Source of the DNA: Paraspadella gotoi
Lineage: Eukaryota > Animalia > Chaetognatha
Length of the DNA stretch: 64,000 nucleotides
Assembly: GCA_051294375.1 (NCBI GenBank)
Contig: CM119268.1
Coordinates: forward strand, 8,241,008 to 8,305,007
Reading direction: 5' to 3'
The notes under the pieces were generated by a model that saw only the letters and a list, made by a program, of their open reading frames with translations, had not been told where the DNA came from and searched no databases. This document shows, piece after piece, positions 1-12,796 of this stretch. The translations under genes were made by a program, and so were the position numbers. Within the stretch, counting starts at the first letter, position 1. Each line of letters starts with the position of its first letter.

Positions 1-932
1 CACAGTGAGGTATTCAATACGAATTACTGTGATGTCAAAACTGAGTAGGAGACCTGTCGATTTACTTCTCAAAAAAAAAGTTCTGAAAAAAAAAATAGGA
101 AAAAACTTGGATGTCGATAAACTCATCACTCGAGCTCGTGACCAAGTAGCGTAGTCGGTTGATCGAGAAATTTTCATACTATCAGATGTAATTATCCAAT
201 AAAAGTACTCTTTAATTGNNNNNNNNNNTTGATTCAGTACATACGTGAGAAACAAAAAAGCTAAGACTTAAGACAAAACAAAGTTAAAGATTGCATGAAA
301 ACTACCACTNNNNNNNNNNNNNNNNNNNNNNNNNNNNNNNNNNNNNNNNNNNNNNNNNNNNNNNNNNNNNNNNNNNNNNNNNNNNNNNNNNNNNNNNNNN
401 NNNNNNNNNNNNNNNNNNNNNNNNNNNNNNNNNNNNNNNNNNNNNNNNNNNNNNNNNNNNNNNNNNNNNNNNNNNNNNNNNNNNNNNNNNNNNNNNNNNN
501 NNNNNNNNNNNNNNNNNNNNNNNNNNNNNNNNNNNNNNNNNNNNNNNNNNNNNNNNNNNNNNNNNNNNNNAATAATGTCACAGTAACCAAATTAACTACG
601 TAGCTCTCTAATTCTTTCCCATCGGTTGAATCTGAATATTTTCGTCGTTATCCTCGTTATCGTCGTTATCGTCGTTATCGTCTCTTAAGTCGATCGTCTA
701 TGCAAAATACGAATCGTCGATGGAAAATCCGGATTCTCTTTCATTATTACTTTTCCGATGCGACGTTATTCTTCTTTTTTTTTCTAGAATATTCGATCGA
801 GAGATTATGTACTTTTTTTCTATTTTTTTTGGGTTTGTTTATTCCTTTTTTTTTCATTTTATTTCCCATTCAGTCCTTCCATCCGGTTCCTGCCTGCCCT
901 CTCCATTTTCCCTTTTTCCTCATTCTGATTTT

Positions 933-1031
<99 letters not shown>

Positions 1032-3094
1032 GTCAGTTCGTAAGACAGTTAGTCTGTTCGTCTGTCTGTGTGCACGTTTTCTCCCTTTTTCGTTCTTTCT
1101 TTCTTTTTTCTTTTTTTTTCTATTTTTTTCTTTTTTCTTTCTTTCGCATCGAAGCCCAGTGACTCCAGTCACGTCTTCCTGATTTTCCGAAAATAATCGG
1201 TTGTCGACCACTCGTCGTCGTCATCGTNNNNNNNNNNNNNNNNNNNNNNNNNNNNNNNNNNNNNNNNNNNNNNNNNNNNNNNNNNNNNNNNNNNNNNNNN
1301 NNNNNNNNNNNNNNNNNNNNNNNNNNNNNNNNNNNNNNNNNNNNNNNNNNNNNNNNNNNNNNNNNNNNNNNNNNNNNNNNNNNNNNNNNNNNNNNNNNNN
1401 NNNNNNNNNNNNNNNNNNNNNNNNNNNNNNNNNNNNNNNNNNNNNNNNNNNNNNNNNNNNNNNNNNNNNNNNNNNNNNNNNNNNNNTTACACATAATTTA
1501 CATAAACATTACCCAAACATTTTCGCTCATAAGGAAAATCTAAAAGTAGACGCGACCTTCGAATGAATGAAGGGAAAAGCCAACGCAGAAAAGGGAAAAG
1601 CCCACACAGAAACCTGAGCGACTTGAAACGGAAGGGGGGCGCGACGAGCTGGGGCGNNNNNNNNNNNNNNNNNNNNNNNNNNNNNNNNNNNNNNNNNNNN
1701 NNNNNNNNNNNNNNNNNNNNNNNNNNNNNNNNNNNNNNNNNNNNNNNNNNNNNNNNNNNNNNNNNNNNNNNNNNNNNNNNNNNNNNNNNNNNNNNNNNNN
1801 NNNNNNNNNNNNNNNNNNNNNNNNNNNNNNNNNNNNNNNNNNNNNNNNNNNNNNNNNNNNNNNNNNNNNNNNNNNNNNNNNNNNNNNNNNNNNNNNNNNN
1901 NNNNNNNNNNNNNNNNNNNNNNNNNNNNNNNNNNNNNNNNNNNNNNNNNNNNNNNNNNNNNNNNNNNNNNNNNNNNNNNNNNNNNNNNNNNNNNNNNNNN
2001 NNNNNNNNNNNNNNNNNNNNNNNNNNNNNNNNNNNNNNNNNNNNNNNNNNNNNNNNNNNNNNNNNNNNNNNNNNNNNNNNNNNNNNNNNNNNNNNNNNNN
2101 NNNNNNNNNNNNNNNNNNNNNNNNNNNNNNNNNNNNNNNNNNNNNNNNNNNNNNNNNNNNNNNNNNNNNNNNNNNNNNNNNNNNNNNNNNNNNNNNNNNN
2201 NNNNNNNNNNNNNNNNNNNNNNNNNNNNNNNNNNNNNNNNNNNNNNNNNNNNNNNNNNNNNNNNNNNNNNNNNNNNNNNNNNNNNNNNNNNNNNNNNNNN
2301 NNNNNNNNNNNNNNNNNNNNNNNNNNNNNNNNNNNNNNNNNNNNNNNNNNNNNNNNNNNNNNNNNNNNNNNNNNNNNNNNNNNNNNNNNNNNNNNNNNNN
2401 NNNNNNNNNNNNNNNNNNNNNNNNNNNNNNNNNNNNNNNNNNNNNNNNNNNNNNNNNNNNNNNNNNNNNNNNNNNNNNNNNNNNNNNNNNNNNNNNNNNN
2501 NNNNNNNNNNNNNNNNNNNNNNNNNNNNNNNNNNNNNNNNNNNNNNNNNNNNNNNNNNNGTCGTCGTCGTCGTCGTTGTCGTCTTCGTCGTCGTCCTCAT
2601 CGTCGTCGTCGTCAAAACCGAAATGGAATTGAAAACCATTCGTGTCTTCGGCGCGAGAAACTTATTAATCTCACTTTAAAAAAATTATCCGGATCACAAA
2701 TCATCGCTTCTCTCCTCATATCTTCTTTTTCATTCCCATTTTTAGTCTGTCTGTCTATCGGTCCCAGGACATTACGTTAAATAATGTAAACGTGAAAAAA
2801 ATATCGTTACGGAAAAAGGTTTTATTATCTGAATCGAATGGAGAGGAGAAGGAGGAAGAAAATTAAGTGATCGACTTATTTCTTATTCCTTTTTTAATCT
2901 TTCTCTCTCTGGATCTCTTTCTCATTTCATGTTCTTTTCTTCAGTTACTTTTCTTTCTCTCTATTCTCACTCAACCAATGGTCTCTTTCATTTTTTATTT
3001 CTGTCATCTTTCTTCTCTTCTTCTCTTCTCATCTTTATTTTATCTCGTCCTCTCTTTTTTCTCCTATTTACCATCTTTCGTAGCTGGTCGCTCG

Positions 3095-3129
<35 letters not shown>

Positions 3130-3887
3130 NNNNNNNNNNNNNNNNNNNNNNNNNNNNNNNNNNNNNNNNNNNNNNNNNNNNNNNNNNNNNNNNNNNNNNN
3201 NNNNNNNNNNNNNNNNNNNNNNNNNNNNNNNNNNNNNNNNNNNNNNNNNNNNNNNNNNNNNNNNNNNNNNNNNNNNNNNNNNNNNNNNNNNNNNNNNNNN
3301 NNNNNNNNNNNNNNNNNNNNNNNNNNNNNNNNNNNNNNNNNNNNNNNNNNNNNNNNNNNNNNNNNNNNNNNNNNNNNNNNNNNNNNNNNNNNNNNNNNNN
3401 NNNNNNNNNNNNNNNNNNNNNNNNNNNNNNNNNNNNNNNNNNNNNNNNNNNNNNNNNNNNNNNNNNNNNNNNNNNNNNNNNNNNNNNNNNNNNNNNNNNN
3501 NNNNNNNNCGTCTGACTCCCTTTACCTAGCCGTCGTCCTTACCTCAGTTTCCCCTGAGTTACCCTGTATCTCACTCACTTATTTTAACTCAAGACCTTAT
3601 GCAAAACCTTCTTCACTTACCAGGAACTATTCAATTTGTCTACGTTTTACTTAACTGAAAGAATAAAGCCTTTGCCTAAAACTTAAAAAAAATTTAAGGT
3701 TTAATTATAAAATCCCTTCTGTTATATTTGTGACATGTTGGTTTTTTTTCCCCTTTTTACAGTTTTTTTTTTTGTAACGTTTGAACTTTTATGTTTTTGA
3801 AAAATACATTTTTACCGAATGAGCAAATGTTTCATTTACTTACTTAATTTACTTAATTTACTTAATTTACTTATCCTCAAGACTCAC

Positions 3888-4038
3888 CCGTGTAACGATG
3901 CCCTTCGCCGTCGTGATCGAGACCCGAATCCATGTATTTGTCGCGCAGGAACATGACGACGATAGTTCCGACGATGATAAGCGCGACGATGGCGACGACG
4001 ACGCCCACGTAGACGCGAGGGTCCATCGATTTCGTCGC
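3888..4038 (-). CDS. Exon encoding a single transmembrane helix and start of a cytoplasmic tail (5' end lost in N gap); probably the TM exon of the FN3 gene
   Basis: Minus strand reads ATKSMDPRVYVGVVVAIVALIIVGTIVVMFLRDKYMDSGLDHDGEGHRYT-G with no stop and ends at a canonical donor (ACGG|gtgagt). A hydrophobic run of about 23 aa is followed by RDK. Confidence 0.8.
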
Positions 4039-4857
4039 NNNNNNNNNNNNNNNNNNNNNNNNNNNNNNNNNNNNNNNNNNNNNNNNNNNNNNNNNNNNNN
4101 NNNNNNNNNNNNNNNNNNNNNNNNNNNNNNNNNNNNNNNNNNNNNNNNNNNNNNNNNNNNNNNNNNNNNNNNNNNNNNNNNNNNNNNNNNNNNNNNNNNN
4201 NNNNNNNNNNNNNNNNNNNNNNNNNNNNNNNNNNNNNNNNNNNNNNNNNNNNNNNNNNNNNNNNNGGGTTCGAATTATTTGAAAAAAGAAAGGATAGAAG
4301 AAATAACGAAATCGATTAAAACAATAAAGTAAATATTTTTAAGGCCATTCTGTCAANNNNNNNNNNNNNNNNNNNNNNNNNNNNNNNNNNNNNNNNNNNN
4401 NNNNNNNNNNNNNNNNNNNNNNNNNNNNNNNNNNNNNNNNNNNNNNNNNNNNNNNNNNNNNNNNNNNNNNNNNNNNNNNNNNNNNNNNNNNNNNNNNNNN
4501 NNNNNNNNNNNNNNNNNNNNNNNNNNNNNNNNNNNNNNNNNNNNNNNNNNNNNNNNNNNNNNNNNNNNNNNNNNNNNNNNNNNNNNNNNNNNNNNNNNNN
4601 NNATCCATAATAAAAATGGTGGAGTTTAAAACGAATTTTATGCGAAAAATGAAAAAAAAGAATGGAGGTAAAAAAACTCGGAAAAGGTGACGAGGTGAGC
4701 GGCGCCTAAAAAGAAACAAAACAGAAAAAACAAAAAAAACTCGGGTCAAAAACTAAGAGAAAACGTTTGGCAATAAAAGGCTTAGTTTAAACGAATTCTT
4801 TTTTTTTTTTTTCTTTTTTTTTTTGTTTTATTTTTTTCTTCTTTTTTTTTTTTTTTT

Positions 4858-4893
<36 letters not shown>

Positions 4894-4933
4894 CTTGAGA
4901 GAGATTAAAAAATATTAAAAAGCAAGAACTACG

Positions 4934-4977
<44 letters not shown>

Positions 4978-5973
4978 CTCTCTTCTCTCTCTCCTCTCCT
5001 CTCTCTCTCTCTCTCTCTTCCTCTCTCCCTCCCTATCCTCTCTCCCTCCCTCCCTTTCTCTCGCTTACCCTCTATCATTTTTTTTTCCTCCCCCCTCTCT
5101 CTCTCTCTTTTATTTGTCTGACTGCCTGCCTGTCTCTGTCAGAAAACTTTTTTACCTTAAAATCGATCAGACCTCGAAAATCTTTTTTCAAAGAATTTTT
5201 TCGCTCCACTTTTTTTCCGTCTCCATTTCTTTTCTTCTTTTTTATATTTTGTTTTAATTTCTTTTCGGTTAATATTTCACGAAAATTTTCTCTTTTCTTT
5301 TTCTCTTTCCGTTTCTGCTTTCATGGAATAATTTAACTAATACATTAATTCAATTCGGAAAATGAATCGAACGGTGGTTTTTTTTGCGTGTTCTTCTTTT
5401 CTGAACTAAAAAAGCTTCTTGCAATTTGTTGAACACTAAAAAAAAAAAAAACAACAACAACAACAAAGACGAAAATTAAAATATAACGTCTAATTTTAAT
5501 ATTGTCATTGAGATTTGATAGTTTTTTATTCTAGATGTATCATAAACCTGAAACAGAAATCAGCAATGGCCTCAAAAGCGACGACGACAACTGCGCTTGC
5601 AAACCAGACGTCGATTTACTTTAGGTTTATTTTATTATTCAGAGAAACCAATCACAAAAATTCCAATTATGTTTCGTATAAAATTGAAATTAATTCTACC
5701 TTTTTTTCTCGTTTTTTCGTGTTGCATTTTTTTTAAAATAAATATTTTGATTTCGCTCTACGTTTTTTTCTAAAACACGAATCGAATTGAGTTTCTTCGC
5801 CAACTCTCGTCTTTTACACGCGTGGCGTCGTGGCCCCGTTATATTTATGTGGTTTTTTTTTTTTTTTTCAAAAANNNNNNNNNNNNNNNNNNNNNNNNNN
5901 NNNNNNNNNNNNNNNNNCTAATCCCCATTTATGAATGAAAAGGAAGAGAAAGAGGGGATTTGGTAAATACATC

Positions 5974-7230
5974 CTAAAGGGTTTGAGAATAAATCAGTGC
6001 CGGTCGCAGTGCCACGCTGGGGACTTTCCTTGTCTCGGAGATGAGAGGCCACATTGGTGGAAACCTCGTCCCATCGCGTTTCCATGCTGGATTTATGACA
6101 TTAGGACGCGTTGAGAAAAAGTGGACCGTCTGGTAAATATCGTCGCCGCCATCATCCCTGGTGGCGTTTATAAAAAACTCACGATGTTTCCCATTAAGGC
6201 GGGCCAGAATTTCACATCTTTTTTTCAATATATATGAAGAACTACGGTCGGTCGGTCACATGATTACAATGATTAGAATTAAATGAGGCATATTTCGTGT
6301 AATATTTGGTCGAGGTAGATGAAATTTTGCAGTTAAGTTATCAACTATTAGACGTTTGTTAGACATAAATTCCATAGTCATGTAGTCCCGTGATCACTCA
6401 GAAATATACGCGAAATGAAAATCGCTGCAGCGAAACACGTTGGAAGGACCTTTCTTGTTTAATTGCTCATAGAAACATATGTCCCGTGATTCACAACACC
6501 TCCGCCAATTGATATTAACGAAACGTCGGTAAAATTAAAAAATCATCCGCCAAGAGGAAGAGAGGCGTAAATGATGTCATTACTCATTAAGCGAGGATCA
6601 TACGACGGCGCCAAACATTCCATGTTGCGAGAGTCAACGCGTCGAAGGATAAAAAATGAAAAATGTCCTTTTAAAATGAGGACTGGGCGACGAGGGAACA
6701 CTACACGTCCTGTGTCCTCGACCGAGAGAACGTCCGCGGACTCGGCCAATTCAACCATGCAGCTGGACGCAAAGGATGTACATACTCTGATGTGTGGAAA
6801 TGTTTTCTTGTACAATTGACTTTAAAAATTAAAATTAATGAATAACCTTACGTAACTTTTTTTAAAAATTGAATAAAGCAGTTGAAATTTTTTTTTTTTA
6901 CATTTATCCGTGACGATACATGCGGCAGGTTTGAATCATGAAAAAAACAACCAGGCGTCCCGTTTATCTCTCCGATTTTTCTTTACGTACCTTTCAATAC
7001 AACTTGAACGATACCATTGTGATAACGGGTCATTCTGAACTTTTCATACCACCGGTTCGTTGTCGACATGAATTATGAACCCAGATTAAAAGCGTTCACG
7101 TCACATTCCCCAGGTTGGCCCTCATATGTCCTACATCACAGTCCATTACGTCACAGACCTCAAACTCCCGCTCGTATCCCAGTCCTTTCCACGGCCTTCG
7201 TCACACCCGGATAAGATTTCTCTTAGAGAA
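5974..7230 (-). mobile_element. hAT-transposase-derived (ZBED-like) coding sequence, divergent, apparently spliced, with indels
   Basis: Motifs occur in hAT order on the minus strand: NRWYEKFRM (cf. TRWNSxYxM), then a donor AAG|gtacgt at about 6990; LAESADVLSVE (cf. FxxATxxLSxE); LAPSYDPRL (cf. LAxxLDPRF); WKRDGTRFPPMWPLISETRKVPSVALRPALIYS, which keeps the W-K...RFP...L...P...F/YS spacing of the hAT C-terminal dimerisation domain. Recognised by eye only. Confidence 0.55.
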
Positions 7231-8949
7231 ATTGGGCAAGAGTCTCTCTCTCTCTTTTTTTTGTTCCGCTAAAACCAGACGCGTTTTGCTCTCAGAAATC
7301 AGATTCCTTTTTCTTTCATAGTTTTTTTTCTTGTTTATCTATTTTCTATATTTCGCCTCCGCTGTTCTTTTGTAGTTATTTTTTTTCTTTTACATATATC
7401 TTTGTGAAAGACCAAAGAGTGGTTTCGTTAAGTTACTTAAATTACTTAATCAATTAGCTGGTTTTTTTTCTCCTCTTTTCTACTAATACAATCTTTTTCG
7501 CTTGGAAACTTAAATCCGTTTGACTTTTTACACATTTAAAGAGAACAGACATTTTCTTCAAGTTCACATTTCCACGCAACGCTTACCTTGCGTCCGACCT
7601 TTTGCACTTACCTTTTCCAGCCCATTTCACGTTTTCCAAACTCCCTTCCTTTTTCTCCTCCGCTCTTCTCATCAATGACGTGATTCACTTCACGTGATTC
7701 TATTCACGTCTTTTTAATGTCGCCGCAATTTTCAAGACAAAAGACTCAAATCACCGTTTTTGGCAAAGAGGGGGGAGGTGGGGGGGTGATGAGGTAGCGG
7801 GGAAATTATGGGGCGATGGATAGGATTTAAAGTTTCTATTTTTAGATATGAATTTTACTTTAGAAGCTAAGGAATTACGAATTCGCGGCGTTGGTTAAAC
7901 AATCAACAATCAATATTTAAAAATTTAGTGCATATTTTTGTTGTCTGAATCACCGTAAATGCTTTATTAAAAGTAGTAACTTTACTTTTTGCTATTTTTC
8001 CCTTTTTAACATAAAAAAAAACAATTTAGCGAATTGAGAGGAGAGCTGTCAGTCACTAGTCATTTTATATAGGGCTGCGCATCGTTCGAATCGAAGTTCG
8101 ATCAAGATTCCTTTATATTTCACTTTATTCAAAACTGCATAGTCAAGGCCCATATAAATTATATCAATATGGGTAGATTTCGAAAGCTTGGCGTCTTGGG
8201 AAGCCAACGAGGTAGAGGCGCGATCGAAATTCCCATTTTATCATGCCCAAAAATGGTATTTAAATGAACTGGTCAGACCGTTTTTTCCCTTTTCCCAAAA
8301 ACCTGCTTGATCTTTTGTAAAATAGAACAAATCATACATATCAGTACGGTTTCGGATAGCTTATTGTCTTCTCTACTAGATAAAAAAAAAAGAAAAGTTT
8401 AATTCTTGCAATCTTGAATGCTTGATAAAGCAATCAAATGAACTGGTTTTTTATGTGAAAACTGCATAGTCAAGCCTTCAATTTTTTTTTGTTTCTAAGA
8501 CCATCGAAAGAAACTGTATTGTTTTTACTATCTGTTTCAGGTAGAGCGCGGGGGTAAATTTAGAGAGTTTATATTAAATTTAGAGCAAATAGAAAGGATA
8601 TCAAGTTTTTGCACGCTAAAAAGCTTTTTTAAGCGCAGTTCCGGTCTGTTTGAAAATGGTTGACGTAGGTTATCCAATGAGGACATCAATTAAAAATAAG
8701 CATTGATCATGCGCGATCCGGGCCAGATAAATACCATATTTCAACATGGCTTTACCGTATTTTTACGTTTTTAGAACGTTTTTAGAATGTTTTGAATTTC
8801 ACGCCCGTGATATTGGCGTTCTAGGCGGTCGTTTGTTCCCTTGTTAGTCTCTTTATCTTATCTCTTGAAGAGACATTAATTATTGTTATGTGATAGTGAC
8901 AAAACCGTTCAATAAAATCTTAAAAGCAATAGGGATCGAGCCTACTTTT

Positions 8950-9212
8950 GATTGATAACCAAATATTGATGCGATGATAACCAAATATTGATACGATGAT
9001 AACCAAATATTGATGCGATGATAACCGAAGGATTGATGCGATGATAACCAAATGATGGATGCGATGATAGTCATTCATTGATGCGATGATAATCATTCAT
9101 TGATGCGATGATAGTCCTTCATTGATGGATGATAATCATTCATTGATGCGATGATAGTCATTCATTGATGCGATGATAGTCATTCATTGATGCGATGCTA
9201 GTCATTCATTGA
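8950..9212. repeat. 22-bp tandem repeat (TTGATGCGATGATAACCAAATA grading into TTGATGCGATGATAGTCATTCA)
   Basis: About 12 visible tandem units. The reverse complement of the second variant recurs at about 63262-63400. Confidence 0.9.
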
Positions 9213-9221
9213 CGTGACGTG

Positions 9222-10497
9222 ACTTTTGAAAAAAGTATGCATATTTTAAAAAAGTATGCATACTTTTTTTAAAATATGCATACTTTTTTGAAAGTATGCA
9301 TACTTTTTTCAAATTATGCATACTTTTTTCAAAGTATGCATACTTTTTCCAATTATGCATACTTTTTTACAATTATGCATACTTTTTTACAATTATGCAT
9401 ACTTTTTTCAAAGTATGCATACTTTTTTCAAAGTATGCATACTTTTTTGAAGTATGCATACTTTTTTTCCAATTATGCATACTTTTTTCAAAGTATGCAT
9501 AACTTTTTCAAAGTGTGCATACTTTTTCCAATTATGCATACTTTTTCAATTATGCATACTTTTTTCCAATTATGCATACTTTTTTCAAATTATGCATACT
9601 TTTTCAAATTATGCATACTTTTTTCAAAGTATGCATACTTTTTCCAATTATGCATACTTTTTTACAATTATGCATACTTTTTTCAAAGCATACTTTTTTC
9701 AAAGTATGCATACTTTTTTCAAAGTATGCATACTTTTCCAATTATGCATACTTTTTTCAAAGTATGCATACTTTTTTTCAAAAGTATGCATACTTTTTTG
9801 AAGTATGCATACTTTTTCCAAATTATGCATACTTTTTCAAAGTATGCATACTTTTTTTCAAAGTATGCATACTTTTTCCAATTATGCATACTTTTTCAAA
9901 GTATGCATAACTTTTTTCAAAGTATGCATACTTTTTCCAATTTATGCCATACTTTTTTCAAAGTATGCATACTTTTTTCAAAGTATGCATACTTTTTTCA
10001 AAGTGTGCATACTTTTTCCAATTATGCATACTTTTTCAAAGTATGAATACTTTTTTCAAAGTATGCATACTTTGAAAAAAGTATGCATACTTTTTCCAAT
10101 TATGCATACTTTTTTCCAATTATGCATACTTTTTTCCAATTATGCATACTTTTTTCAAAGTATGCATACTTTTTTGAAGTATGCATACTTTTTTTCAAAT
10201 TATGCATACTTTTTTCAAAGTATGCATACTTTTTTCAAAAAGTATGCATACTTTTTCCAATTATGCATACTTTTTCAAAGTATGCATACTTTTTCCAATT
10301 ATGCATACTTCATACTTTGAAAAAGTTTGAAGTTTTAAAAAAAGTATGCATACTTTTTCTTAAAAGTATGCAATTTTTTAAAAAAAGTATGCATACTTTG
10401 AAAAAAGTATGCATACTTTGAAAAAGTATTCATACTTTGAAAAAAGTATGCATACTTTGAAAAAAGTATGCATAATTTGAAAAAAAAAGTATGCATT
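9222..10497. repeat. ~20-bp satellite with a palindromic core (AGTATGCATACT) plus T-tract
   Basis: About 60 units of TATGCATACTTTTTTCAAAG / TATGCATACTTTTTCCAAT. Some units near the array ends are in the opposite orientation (TTTGAAAAAAGTATGCATAC). Confidence 0.95.
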
Positions 10498-11734
10498 AAC
10501 GATATTAAATTTAAATTGAACGTTAGTTAAATAGTAATTTGCTGGCGATATCACTCGCTATACTTTGCATTGATAACTTGTTTTGTTCTCTTATGATTTA
10601 TCTTACATATACTGTTATTAATTTTATTATTTATCATTTACCTTTCTAATGATACCTCTTTTCCTTTGTTTCGCTTCTCAATTACTTCTTACGAGGCCCG
10701 GATTGCGCCTAATCGCGATTACCGATTTAAAGCTTAGTACTACGCGTAGTTCAAATCCTTATTGGATCAAAACGAGTTCGATTTTAAGCGAAAGTTGATC
10801 GATTCGAAGCGCGATTTCGAGATCGTTTTTTTGCCATAACTTTTGAACGGATTATCCGATTTTGATGAAATTTTGTATGTAGATAATATTTTGAATTTCC
10901 TATCGATCGGTACCAAATTCATTTAAAAATACATTTTAGTAATTGAGAGGAGAGCTGATGCACTAGTCATTTTATATTTCGGCGGGGTGCAAAAGGGGAG
11001 GAGGCAATGAAAGATTCGTTTCTCAAGTCGATGATTTTTTTTTTTCGTGTTTGGTTCTTTTGTGTTGAGGTTTTTCGCTTAATGTTCCGAAGAAAGATGA
11101 AAACGACAACAACGACGACGAAAGATGAGTCAAAGATAGAGCAGCCATTTTTCTCAGAATTCTAAGAAGTCTAAGACGACGACCAGGACGACGACAACGA
11201 CGATAACAACGACGAAGGGGGAAAAAGTGGCACCAAAACCTTGAAGATGTTTGGAGTTAGTTCTTGATGGCTTCTCCATTTAGCTGCCTTGATACATCTA
11301 AAGAAATTCTTTTTTTTTTATTATTATTATTAATTTCAATATACATACAATTGACGCCGACTTGTCTCTGTGGTCGTGCTCATAAAAACTATCTAGGTAA
11401 CGGAAGAAATACGAGCCTCTAGATGGCGAAGGAGGCTGTAAATCGTCCAACAAATGAACAACGGGGTTCCTTCGGTGGGGTAGGGGGGAGGAAGGGGGGG
11501 GGCAATCAAAACTTTCAGTTTTTCATGACATTGATAGTAAAAGGAGAAACAAGGTGGAGTGAAGAAAGAGCGTTTATGGGATATATAGAGAGAGCGTAAA
11601 CGTTGTAAGGCAAGGCGAAGCAAAGGCAAGGCAAGGCTGAACGCTTAAAAAAGCATGGTCAGCGAAGGAAAATATACGAGAGGTCACACGAAGTCAAACT
11701 CATAAAGAAAAGGAGGAAGGCGAGAGAAGAGAGA

Positions 11735-11833
<99 letters not shown>

Positions 11834-11849
11834 GAAGAGAGAGAGAGAC

Positions 11850-11890
<41 letters not shown>

Positions 11891-12021
11891 ACGAGAGAGA
11901 GAGAGACAGAGAGAGAGCCGATCGAATGTCGTCGAGGTGAAAAGTCCATCGCAAAAAGGAAGAGAAGACGAAAGAAAGAAAGAAAGTAAGAAAAAAAGAA
12001 GAAAAGAAAGAAAAAAAGAAA

Positions 12022-12052
<31 letters not shown>

Positions 12053-12206
12053 AGAAAGAAAGAAAGAAGAGAGAAGAAGAGAAAGAGAGAAAAAAGAAGA
12101 TATTTTATAAAAAGAATACAATTCTAATTCTTTTTTTTATTTATTCTTCTTCATAATTTTAAGACAAAATAGCGTTATAAGACAAATCGAATGTTTTAAT
12201 GAAGAA

Positions 12207-12697
12207 AAATTGTGTAATTAATTAATTTATCAACAAAAATTTCTATATGCAAAACTTAAATATAAACTTGATTTAAACAAATATAATTATTATTAATTAC
12301 TTGTGATGATGAGCTATACCAAAGTGTAATGGAATACATATAATGAATATATTATTTTGTCCAATCATAAATATAAATCATAATATAATTGTAATATAAT
12401 TATGCGTAATGATCAAATTTTTCTAAACGTCATCTCGAAAACTGACACTACCGAGAATCTGAACTCGCAACCGAGGATTCAAACTTCAAAGGTCGACGTA
12501 ATCGTTTTATCACTTGACAATTCTGAGAAAAACACTTTCACTCTTCAAGGTTTGTCATGTTTTTTTCTCCAAATCTTTGAAATAATTCAAGCCCGAGGAC
12601 ACATGAGATTTTTTGCCTTTTTTCTCTTTCAAGAGATCGTCAAAAAGTCAACAGAAAGCCTTAGAATTCAGAGAACATATAACAAGTAAAATTCTCT

Positions 12698-12796
<99 letters not shown>

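Larger units (their letters stand above)
8032..10977. mobile_element. Composite repeat region bounded by ~38-bp direct repeats, containing inverted segments and two satellites
   Basis: AATTGAGAGGAGAGCTG..CACTAGTCATTTTATAT occurs at 8032-8070 and 10941-10977. There is an inverted pair GCGCGATCCGGGCC (8711-8724) / GGCCCGGATTGCGC (10695-10708). Confidence 0.5.

Noticed and set aside
261-3654. ORFs spanning N gaps
   Set aside because: Open only because Ns hide stop codons.
7114-7217. Plus-strand reading HMSYITVHYVTDLKL resembling a hAT N-terminal catalytic segment
   Set aside because: All other hAT-like motifs are on the minus strand in consistent order; treated as coincidence.
9276-10421. Long ORFs (MHTF/YAYFF repeats)
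   Set aside because: Translations of the 20-bp satellite in all frames.
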